Below are positions 48,101 through 59,800 of a DNA stretch of 64,000 nucleotides, piece after piece; positions within the stretch are counted from its first letter, which is position 1, and every line of letters starts with the position of its first letter. The stretch is from Lepidodermella squamata. Lineage: Eukaryota; Animalia; Gastrotricha. The notes under the pieces were generated by a model, which saw only the letters and a program-made list of their open reading frames with translations, was not told the origin of the DNA and did not search any database. The position numbers and the translations under genes were made by a program. The DNA is taken from the NCBI GenBank assembly GCA_047495785.1, contig JBLDXI010000023.1, forward strand, positions 248,001 to 312,000, in the 5' to 3' direction.

Positions 48101-49474
48101 AATGGGTGCATGGCAGCGAAAGTTGGAACCATTCAAATGGGTGCATGGCAGTAACCATTCAAATGGGTCGTTTTTACCCGCCTAAACTTACCTGTAATTA
48201 CTGGCTTGCCGTGATCTCATTTTGGGACATAACTAGCTGAAAATTTTTACAGATGTAGGGGGTCTGTTGAAGATTATCTGCACGAATTTTTTCAGAGATC
48301 TGACTTACAGTCTATGAGCTATTAAAAGTAATGTGATGACATCAATTTTCGGCCAAATCGCCCCAAGTGCCCATTTCACCCCAAACGACGGTATAGAGAG
48401 ATGACACGCGATGTATAAACTTAGCCACACTCACTTGGCGTTCGCGCCTCAGCATTTATACCTAACGCTTCGACTTGCACCCGCTGCGAGAAAGATTTCG
48501 TTTTTGAAGTTGCTGATTGCGGGCCGACTCAAAATTTCATATGTCTTGGACAGCCAGCTATTAGAGTTGACGCATTTTCGGCCATGTCCAAGTATGAACT
48601 TTTCTCGAAATGCTCGAGGATTGCAATACTGGCAACTTCGTCATTGAAGCAAACGGTAGTTAATAGTTTCCACTGAGAAGGCGAACCTTTTTACCCAACA
48701 TTTAATTAAAGCGAACATGGGCATATACACGGCACCAATAGCGCAAGGCCGTCGTGATGGCAATATTACTATCATGATTTTCGTACATACCGGCAAAATG
48801 TGATGCATCCGCGAATCCAAGTTGTTCCAAGTTGCAACTTGCAACAGTTGCTACCTCTTATAGAAAGGTTCAGCTTATTTTACGATATGTGCGGCAATTG
48901 AAAGGAAACATATTTCGACGTTTCGATTTATCTCCTCAAACGCATAATATAATATTACCCATCGTGGTCGCAAAGTGTTGCCGAAGTTCCGAGCTTCAAT
49001 TAATGAACAAGCAACAGATAGCTAAGCTGAACCTTATTAACTTGTTGGATGTTCTGTTCAGCCATTTTATAGAGGTTGCTCGCATTACTTGATTATTTGA
49101 ACCGGACTCGGTGTGTTACTTAAATTAACCTACCTATACTGTGTGCTACTCTGCGATGTAAAATAGATAATATTATAGGCGCGGGAACCTGCTCTTAAGT
49201 TTGTGTGTGCGTGTGTTCGCGTCGTCGATTAGGAAGCATTAACGATGTGGCACCTACTGCTGGTTCCTAATTCATATAGTGCGCGAGTTCTGAAACACCC
49301 TGTGGGAGCTTGATTAAAGTAGGACTCACTAAGGAAATACGCCGGAAAAAGAAAACTAACATTAAGAAGGACAAAAAGGATAAGGCAATGTCCAGAAAAA
49401 ATGGAAGCAATGTTTTATTTCAAAAAAGTTCAGTCAAGCACCGGCCACGGGTGGGCTTATGGCGCATCCGATGT

Positions 49475-50211
49475 ATATGTCATATATAAAGTCGACAATT
49501 GTGAAATGTTGACAATATATAACATAAATAGCCATTTAATGTGTATAAAATGCCACCCCTGTAAATTGCCATGTTGACCACAAGGTGAAATCCACTCCGA
49601 GGAATCCGAATCTGAACTCCATTGTGAAACCACTGGTAAGTTGAACCTTGGCGCGCACGCTGATTGGTCAATTTATCGTTGCTAATGACTCCGGAATGAA
49701 ACATTTCCGTCGTGCGATCCACTAATAAATTATTTTATATTTATGTAAAAAATGACCTTGCCACACCCTCTGCCCGGTTTTCATTGACCACGAGCGTAAA
49801 CTCCATATTAATCGTGGTAAATTGCTGCGGCAAAAATCACTTGTTGCAAACAATTTTATGGATCGCACGACAGAACGTTTCATCCGGGAGTCATAGCAAC
49901 GATCGATTGACCAATCAGCGTGCGCATTGGATTGGACTTTTAAGTGGTCACACAATGTCATTTTCCCGATCACGGGAAGTAATTGGCCAAAAATCGATAA
50001 GAAATCGATATCGATTTTCGATAATCGAATTTTACGAAATTTGGGTAATCGCTATGAATTTGACGATATCAGATTCGGATTCCTCTGAGTGGATTTCACC
50101 TTGTGGTCAACATGGCAATTTACAGGGGTGGCATTTTATACAAATTAAATGGCTATTTATGTTATATATATTGTCAACATTTCACAATTGTCGACTTAAA
50201 ATGTGACATAT
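49475..50211. mobile_element. TIR element (about 140-bp arms) carrying a nested insertion
   Basis: 49475-49615 is the reverse complement of about 50069-50211. Confidence 0.82.
49620..49957 (-). mobile_element. 338-bp non-autonomous element with CATTGTG...CACAATG termini (inverted copy of 61370-61707)
   Basis: Same length as, and near-identical to, the reverse complement of 61370-61707. TIR consensus CATTGTG(A/T/G)(A/G)ACCACT. Confidence 0.88.
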
Positions 50212-51112
50212 CGTTAACGATGCGCCAAAACAACCACTTAGTTGACTCATTCGATCGTACTTTTAGTCGCCTAACGTAATGTTGAAGTACGTTAGGCCTT
50301 TTGAGCACCGATTTTTTCCTAATTTCGAACGTACTTTCCTCATAAAATCTATAAATAGTAAAGTGGTTGTTTTGGCGCGTCGCTAACGATATATACATTG
50401 TACGTGTTCTCTGCATACAGGATAGGATATTATATTGATTCAGATTTTATACAATTGTTGGTGGGGTAGGTATGGAGTTTTAACGCTGATTTTAACGATT
50501 TACAAGATGTAATTACAGCATTAATTGAATTAATCGCATCATCATTGGAGAGTTCACCGAGGATATTATCAGTCGGACCGTTAGTGTGCTCACAGCTCAA
50601 ACACAGGTGGAAAAGCAGATCCATGACACTATTATATATTTTCGAAGATAGAGTACTAAGAAAAAAGGTGATAAGAAAAAAGGTGATAAGAAAAAACCCG
50701 GGAAATTTGAAATACAAATTATTCCTGATTTACAATTAGCTGAACTCGCATCCTTTGAAAAAGATGAATGGCGCATGATTGTAACTCGATTGAAAATTAT
50801 GAATTTTTCGGAAAAAGCAGAATCTTCAACTGTGGGAGTGGGTAAGGATTAATCTTCAATTTCACCTGCCTTCGGCCTCTTCAAAATCGGAAACGGTATA
50901 ATGACGTGCAGTCTAGGAGAGGCTAAATAAAACTATTATTATTATTATTATTATTATTATCATTATTATAAAATAATTCAAGTTCGTTACCACATATTCA
51001 CGCACATAATAATTGACAATAAATAACACGTTAAATCATCGCTAAGCATTTTGTTTATTAAATATTATGGACTGGCGTTAGGAGAAACACAAAGATCATC
51101 ACGCCATGCTCA

Positions 51113-52672
51113 TCATGACATGACCGTAACCTGTGGGTGTTCCTCAAAGTATGACCTCTCAACGTTGGAGTGAAACGTCCAGGTCGACTCTCCAACCTTT
51201 GAAAGTACGTTTGCTGAAGTCATCCTTTCTCCAATAGCATCAATCGTCTGGACATTGATGGGCGTACCAGCCTTCTTCAGATGTAGTACGACATCTTTGA
51301 CGGAGCAAACTGATTTCGCATTTATGCATTCAAAGAAGGCTTGGACGATAGTTTCCTCTTCATCAGTTTTCCAACATTGTTTCACGTGATTTCGAACCTG
51401 TGTAAATAGCGCCTTCTTCACGTCTATAAAACACGTATTAGTGTTTACATATATAGAAGAGCAAAATACAAGTGAGTACCTTGAAAAGATGTTCCCTCTA
51501 TCAGGGCAGTAGAAACACTGATCAACATTAGCAAACGTCCACCGACAAGGGCAAAGACGCGCGAGTAGAGCGTACCATCAGTGTTCACCACGCCACGTTT
51601 CTGAAGGTACTCGAACACTTGATCTTGATTGATATCGCCTACGCAATACAACTTGCCACGGGAAAAGGCACTGCTGCCTATTGAATAAATACAACAGTTA
51701 GCTGAATGACTGAAATGAATTGACAGGAAATAAACGAACCCGTAATTTGCTGAGGCGCCACGCCATCGGATGATACAAATACAGTAACGAATTGACGGCG
51801 GTCAATGGCGCGTTTTGCGCCGTCTTGAAGCAGTGCTAACATTTTTGGATGCTCTTTTGTCAGACTATTCACGTTGTCGATGACAAGAACAGGTACTTTA
51901 TGATATTTCGCCTTGTACCACTTCGCCGTTTCTCCGAACGCACGGTAAACAGCCTGCCAGTTTCCCTTATTCCCTATAGAAGAAAAATAACAGCAAATAC
52001 AACAGCGTGAAGTCATGCTAGTGACTTACATGGCTCATCATTAGCTACTTCCTTCTCTCTAAAAATTTGTTTGTTTATGAATGCAAACAATCCGCTGGTA
52101 TGATGCTCATAGTCAGTAGCCTCGGACAAAGCCAAATAGAATTTCGAGCCATCCTCAGGGACATCCACATAAATCACGCCGCTGCCAACAGTTCGACACG
52201 CTTTCATAACCGCAGTCGTCTTGCCTGTGCCATGCTCTCCAGTAATGAGGAAATATTTTTCAGCTGCGACCGGTGTTGATGGCGTTATCATCTTTTTCAA
52301 ATCCTTCTCCAACTCTGGACGATCAATCAAAACAGTGTCTTCTATGACTAAAGATGCGCCAGAGCCTTGCTCTAAACGATGTTTCAACGCTGCCGCATCC
52401 TTATATCCAACATAGGCGACATAGGCGTAGCTGAGTGGGATACTACCAAAAACAAACACGACAACAGTACCGACAAGTTTGCCCATTATGGCTCGTTTGG
52501 CAAAGTCAAGCCAGGCATTCTTAGGTGGCACGGCTGACAAGGAACGCCGGAAAATGATGAATGAGTTGTGACTCGTATTAAGCTTTGGCGGTACAAGAGC
52601 AAGACGACGGTCGACACGAAATCGTTTGGTCGCCAGTGATCGCGTCAGTAGGCGCAAGTTTCGTAGAATCAT
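51113..52672 (-). CDS. P-loop (AAA+/archaeal-ATPase-like) protein with putative mitochondrial presequence and one TM, 4 exons
   Basis: Exons 52672-52030, 51973-51740, 51677-51480 and 51423-51113 are in phase. Walker A GEHGTGKT, Walker B VLVIDNVN, then VFVSSDG, SAFSR..VGD, LVGGR. The N-terminus is Arg/Leu/Ser-rich with few acidic residues, followed by a hydrophobic segment. Confidence 0.85.
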
Positions 52673-53329
52673 TTTCAATTAACTGTATATCTATGAATAT
52701 ATCTGAACTTATGAACCGACCAAAAGAGATACTCAATACCCACAACATCCAGCGTAGTTTTTCATGTTTCACTTGACAGAATTGCTATCTACGATCGAAG
52801 ATGTTTCATATGACTACTGTAGCAGGGGCTTTAATATTATGATGTCCAAGAATGAAATCTCACAACATTATGATATTGATTAGAAGGTAAAGGCTCTCGT
52901 AACGGGGTAAAGGGTAAACGATTTTGGCAAATAACACAACAACGGCTAGAGATTATAAATGGGTCATTGTGGTGTTTACTTATTGTAGTGAACTTTAGTG
53001 TAGAACACAATGTGTCAAACATTATTAAACACACAATTCAGCAGATAAATGCACAGACATAAAAGGTCATGAACACTTGAAGCAACCAAGACACCAAACA
53101 ACTTGAATCAGCAATCAAGTTAGAAAACGGAATGATGTGCTGAAAATTCAGTTTCACTCAGTTCCACTTGCCAAGTGCCACGTAAGAACGAGAATTCGCC
53201 TGACACAAAAATATCAAGCGCACGAAAGAATGGATGGATTTAAAGCCCAGTCATCAATTATGGTGGTATTCATGGGCTGAGGGTTGAGATAATGGAGCAG
53301 CCCGATCATCACATTTGATGGTTTTCACC

Positions 53330-55655
53330 GGTGCTATCGATAGCTATAGGAGAATCTGTAAAAAAATAACTTCGTAGAAAATAAAGGTATCCTGGCTTCG
53401 GAGGATTGGAGTTTGCGCGCTTGGAAACTGCGGTTGTCGTTCCAGGCAGTGGTGCCGCGATGGAAAAATGTGCGTTGCCCGGTGGTGTTGGTTGGTACTT
53501 TCCACAGGCAGACAGTCCGAGTCCTTGGAGCGTGTTTCAGTGCAGGTGCCGGCGTCCCTCGAGAAGGCTTCAATTAGCAAGTCGGGCGCTTCGTCGTGCA
53601 GGATCTACCACATACTTGAAGTACGTTTTATGACGTGTACATTCCTTCGTCCATGGAGCGAGAGCCATTGTAGGTCCCGGAGTAGTGGCTCAACAATCTT
53701 CTTCTTCTTCTTTCAAAAACAATCTTTCTCTTTCTGGATGGATGGATGGATTATGCTATCTGCAACTTGTTTACCAGGAAACAACCCGCTCGACAACTGC
53801 GCAACGCTCACCTCACCTTCGAGCTTCCTAAAGCTCGAATCGACTACGGCAAAGCTCGTCTCAGCTACCGAGGACCGGCTTTGTTCAACTCTCTGCCCAT
53901 CTACTTTCACTGCACACAGCACAAACCTATTGGCATTCTCGAATACGACGGCACTTTGCCTGATTGTAAATGCGGCATGAAAGCCTGCTCAACCGCCAAC
54001 GATTGCCGTCAACTTGTATATAAACATCTTTTAAATTGTTGATTATTTTGTCTATTTGTTGATTTAATGTCCTATTTTGTTTTGACTGATGACCTGGCCT
54101 GAACTGACTTCGATTCTCTGCACGAAACATTTTAGAAATGCACCTTTTCCACGTCGAGCTCTCAACTATGGGATTATGCTCAATAAAATTAATAAGCCCA
54201 ATCGCTAGTTGCCCGACGATATGCTTGGGCTTCAGTTAGTAAGTAATAACCCGATTCACCGCTGTGGCGATGTTTTACACGGGTCAAGTGGCACAAGAAG
54301 TAGAAAAATAGATTACGGATCTAATAAAATAATGTCTTCGAGTTGTTCTTTAGCGAATTCGACGACGCAGGCAGCTTGACGCGTGCTTTTCGACGAGTTC
54401 ATTTGCCGGATGAAGTCGGTTGCGCTGTTCCACGCTGCCGTGCCACGATAGAGAACGGTTCGTTGACTAGTGGTGTTGCTGTGGTCAACAGGAAGATATC
54501 CTTGGGCTTTTTGAAGTGTCTCCCTCGCGGCTTCTCTCTTTGTGAAATCAGCGATGAGCAGGTCGGGTGCTTCACCATGCAGAATCTGCCAGACCAGTTT
54601 GATGGTGTGGACTTTTCTTCTTCCCGCTAGCGAAATCCAGCGGAACCCTCGGAACCAGCTTCGAGGAGGATATCGCAGTAGCCAACGCGAGATCCGATGA
54701 GCCCGTTGTAGATGGCCTTCCGAGCATCCAAAGGAACGCCGTTTCGACCAGCTAGGCGGAGAGCATAGGCACCACTGCGGCATTTTGCTGCAATGTTTTC
54801 GACATGGTTTTCAAACGTGATGCGGTAGTCAATTTCGAGCCCGAGGAGTTTCATTGTAGGTTGTGGAGCGACAAGAATACCGTTGATGTTCACTTCTGGC
54901 AGTTCGTTGTCAATTTTAAGCAATTTCGGAGCCAAAAACATTATCTGAGTTATCTTCTCGTTCAATTTCAGGCTGTTTGACCGGAGCCAAGTTGCTACTG
55001 AGTACTGAGGTTAGTTGTATTTCGAGTTTCGCTTTGACTGAGGAAATTGAGTCACCAGTGGCGTAGATAGTGGTGTCATCGGCGTAGATGAAGATTCCGC
55101 AGTCAGGGTCAGAGATTAGATTTCGCAGTTCGTTCACGTAGATGGTAAACAGGAGAGGCCCTAAACCGCTTCCTTGAGGGACGCCGTATGTATGTATGTA
55201 TGTATGTATGTATGTATAATAGCGTTGGATTCGCACTAAGGCGGTCTTCCATCCAACGGACGCAGATTGGCGCGTCGAGGTAAGGTGGCGAGTTACCTCT
55301 TCTTTGTGTAGACGAAATCGTCTACATATTCTGCTTTCAGCAGTATTTCCAGAAGTTGGTCTCTGAGGATCTTCGGGTTTTCGGAAGACCTGATCGATGG
55401 CGGTAAGTCATTCCACTTGCTAGCAGCACGAAATCGAAAGCTGAGACGAGCTGAGTACTGAGCTTGTCGAGGGATTTCGACGCCATCAGAGCTGCGAAGT
55501 CTGGTTTTGTGATCGGACGATGGTTTGTTGATCAAGTTTTTGATGAGGGCAGGTGCTTGAGAGTGCAAACATTTCCAAACTAGAGTAATTTCGTGGATTA
55601 AGCGTTTCCCGTTGATTTGTTTAGAAGCGAGCGTAGCGAGCTTCCTTTTCTTCAC
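53330..55655. mobile_element. Cluster of L2/CR1/Crack-type LINE 3' fragments with simple-repeat tails
   Basis: Minus-strand [33 protein letters not shown]; repeated 3'-end motifs ([34 protein letters not shown] on plus); (TATG)n at 55187-55216, (TTC)n and (GATG)n near 53698-53750. Confidence 0.75.
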
Positions 55656-56895
55656 TCTGTAGGGGGTCCGAGAGAGGCTGTAAGGGGGTCCTATGAGAAC
55701 AATTATTTCGCAAAAATTTAGAACTCAAATAATTAACAATTTTAAATAATAAAAAAAATGGTACTTAATTTTTTTTTAATGTGGAAACCAAAATTTAAAA
55801 TTTGCGCGCTATATCCGCGTCCATGGTAGCCTTGGCGTTGACCCAAGCAGCTTTGCCGGCTAGTGAATTTCTGATACGATGATGCGGGATCATCTTTATG
55901 CTTGCTAAATTGCTATCAACTAAACACTGCTTGATGCTTCTGATTACTATTAATGATTTCTGGTGTTCACTCATCTCCGTTATGACTGAATGGGCGTCAT
56001 TTAAATCACTGCTTGCTGATTAGTTATGATTAATTCAGAATTGGTGATGCAAGTGAAGGCAATATTGCCTTTTTCGATTGTGATTTGTCAATTAGTCAAT
56101 TAGTCAATAAAACCTTTCACTTATTCAATAAGCTGTTCAGTGAACTGATCTTATGATTATTTTCGTTCCTTCTAGAGTTTCAAACTGAAAAGTATGATCT
56201 ACAACATGGTGGCTGGAGTCGAGGAACAGGAAGATGGCTCTTAATTATTTGCGGCAAATCATGACAACCATCAGGTGAGGATTGTGTAGTTATGTTTGCT
56301 AACATTCACTATGGAGGAGGAGGTTGCAGGGGGGTTGGGAGGGGGGGCTGGCGAAAAACTACTAGCGAAAAAGTTGAATGATTATCGGCGGTTGGCCTGC
56401 TCTAGGAGGGGTTGGAATTTTTAATGTATATGTAATGACATTCCCCATTTATAACAGTTTTTCTTCTTGGTCTACAAGTTATTACTAGATTGCTCGCCGA
56501 GTTCAGTAGTGAATTTCAAGTGATATAACACTAAAAATCATTGTTTTGATTTGCTGTGGAATGGAATTATTATGCACAGAGTAATTAAGCATTTCATATC
56601 ACAGAATTCAATAATTTTTTATGTTCTTATTTTACTATTCAGGCTATCGGATTTCAGCTAAATATTGTTGTTCACGTTACGGCATCCTGCACTTTTCGAC
56701 TGGAATATGGTTGCTGAATGGCAATAATGTGTGATTTGCATTATAATTTGACGAAATCGTGCGGTATATGTTCGGCAAGGGGCTGTTCAAAGCTGTTCAG
56801 AGCGACATTAATTATCAATCTTATTTCATTTCACATAATGATGACTTGATAGCGAATAAAAGAAAATAAATCTTTCAATTTCATGTTTTGTTAGA

Positions 56896-59800
56896 ATGGA
56901 TCCTTCACTTATTATACCGTTTTTTGGCGTTCAATACTATTCTGTGTTTGATTTGCGCAATTTCATGGGAGTTAGCGAAGATGAATTGAATGAAATATTC
57001 GTTGCAAATCCGCAAATCCGTCTACTCGAGTTGTCTCGTAAGCAATTATCAGACATTATTAAGCGGCGTTTGGCATCAGTCGAGTCCATGAGAAAAGGGC
57101 ATGGAGTTATAATTGAGGTTGAGAGCGCTGGAATGGCCATTCGAATCAAATTTGGTACCAAGTCGCCTCCTGAAGTGTTTGTTAATATTAATCAAATTGC
57201 CGCCACTGCTGGAACCAATCCCGCGAATATATCACCTCCTGTTTTGGCTTCCAAGATTTCTCTTCCTCGGCCAGGGATTGTAATTTCGACTGGGTTAGAG
57301 ACCTGTCATCAAACTTCAGTGCCTGTGGTCAATGGCTATTGCTGGTGGTGTGTTACCTGATGTGGTAATGGTGTCGCCTGAAAATATCGCTGTTCCGCCC
57401 CCATATAATAATGATAATAGTTCAGCGGCCGCTGTTGTCAATATGAATTGGCGCTGTTCATGCCTTCCACCTGAATTGCCTCTTACTCGTTTACGTAACG
57501 AGGGTAATTCTTGCTATTTGAATGCTGTCATTCAAATTTTGACGCGTTGTCCTGCGTTTGTTCAGTGCGCCTGGGAACATTCTACCTTGCAACCTTGCCT
57601 ATTGTGTTAGTTATACCCGATTCTGTCGAGAAAAAGTGTAATAAATTATCCTATTTCGCAGGTTCGGATGTAAACATCGGTCCAGATCATTGCTTAGCGA
57701 ATAAGTTTTGCGCTCATGTGTTAACCCATCTTCAATTTGGCGAATTTGGCCGCAATGTCCTATCGGTTAGGCCTTTCTACGAATCGGTGATTAATCGCTA
57801 CTCGAACATGTTTATTGTTGGCCGGCAGGAGGACGCAGAAGAATGCCTTATTCTAATTTTGGATGACTTTGCTTCCATGTCAATCGACCCTGTTGCTGCA
57901 AACCCTTTCGTTTTTAAATTCAAACGAGAAACGAATTGCCGTGAATGCCACATGCAGACAACATCAGATGTAGAACAGCTAAACAGCGTAAATGTCTCTA
58001 TTTCGAGGGTCAGCGTCACGTCAGCTGTGCGATTATCTGATCTCCTGAGCGACCATTTTTCAGTTCCGGAACGTTTGGATGGATATCGGTGCGATGGCTG
58101 TGGTCGATTTGGCAGTTGCGATTCGAAAATTAATTTGTCTCAGTTACCTAAAAGTCTCATATTATCAGTCAAAAGATTCGACAGACAAGGTTTAAAAGTC
58201 CATCAGAGCATCTCTTTTCCGGAAACCTTGAATATGGCTCCCTATTTCCCTGGTGCGGTACAGAAACGTCTTTATCGCTTGGTTGGCGTAGCGAATCACC
58301 GTGGAGATTCGGTACATGGTGGCCATTACACCTGCTTTGTTCAGCAGCATGATGAGTCATGGTGGCTTCTAAATGATAGTAGTGCTCCTGTCAAGTTTCG
58401 TAATTTCGCAACAATTGCTAACGAAAGCGCCCTGAGCTGCTATATATTTTGTTATGAAAAGTGCAATGACTGCCCTACGTCTTCATTGCCTTTTCAAATT
58501 CCTGAAAATGCGGCTGTACCGCTCGAAATTGCTGTAGCACCTACTGAAAATGTTGAAACAACGGTTCCAATGAAGAAGCCGTCTTTATTGAAGCCATCGT
58601 CAAATTTCAAGCCAAGTCGGCGTGGCCCCGTGACTTTCATGGATGCTATTCCTGAAGAAATTTGTGGCAATTCAGACCTGGGCTCGCTGTTTTCTATCGT
58701 TGAACGGCTCGATCCTGAAAATTGCGACTACACGCTTATCGCAGATAGTTGTAGTCAAGATGATGTTGATTTATTTCGAGCAACTATTATTGCTGAAAGC
58801 GGTGGAAATTCATTACCAGGCCAAGTCGATGCTGTTCCTACCAAGTCTAAGCCGAAAAAGCGGAAATCGAATAAACCCCAGGTTGTTGTTGTTGAAACCA
58901 TTCCAGATGAGCCCAAGCATGCTTTTCCCAACTTGAATAAGAAAGAATCGCATAGCTTAGAAATGTTTGCTCGGACAGTTAAGTCAAGCACTGTTGATGA
59001 CGCCTGTTGCCCCATTTGTGGTCAGGGCTATCCGGGTCTTAAATTAGTGAAGGAAGCTGGACATTGCTTATGTTGCGATCGAGATAAAAATCCCATAAAG
59101 ATGTTTTCGGCTGAAAATCTCATGCTTCCTGGTGACGATTCTGATTGTCCGGAAGCCCTATCCTGTTTATGGGAACTAGAAGAGATGCTTTTAGCCCGTG
59201 TCCACCCGCAAATAAATTATTATATGGTGAAAGGAGGTCAACTACGTTATTCGAACCATTGCATCTCGTTCGAAAGAGAAAGTGCGAAATTTTTCAAAGA
59301 GCTTCCGATTGATATCGCGCAGGCTCCGGTCGTTTTAGTTAGAAAAAAAGTTGGATCTGGCGATAAGGCACGTTCTTTTTATCTTGAAGTTCGAGGTTGG
59401 GCTATCGAACGGGCTGCTCGTCACTTAATAGCAAGGGATCCCAACTATCGCGACTGCGTGTTGAGTACCGAAAACTTGGCAAAGTTGCCATATCAACGGG
59501 GCGATGTTAGTCACTTACTGCCGACCTTGGAGGTGCCCTTTGATTTCAACGAAGATGACGCTGACGCAGCTATGGAAGGACAATATGCAATGGCCGAAAA
59601 TTATGGGAACACCAAAACAATTGAACGGCCAATTGACGTTTCCGGGCTGGAAAGCGCGATTGTTGATGAATTTATCGGCATTGAATCCTGCAACGTGTCA
59701 GCGTTTCCAGGCGAATTACGAATTAACCGCGACCGGCTTATTGTAGAGCAGCTGCAATCGCGTGGGGTTCGAATTGACGATGCTGATTTGTCTAATCCCG

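Noticed and set aside
55656-56895. Candidate Helitron 5' terminus and upstream exons
   Set aside because: A TC terminus or subterminal repeat cannot be fixed without a second copy to align.
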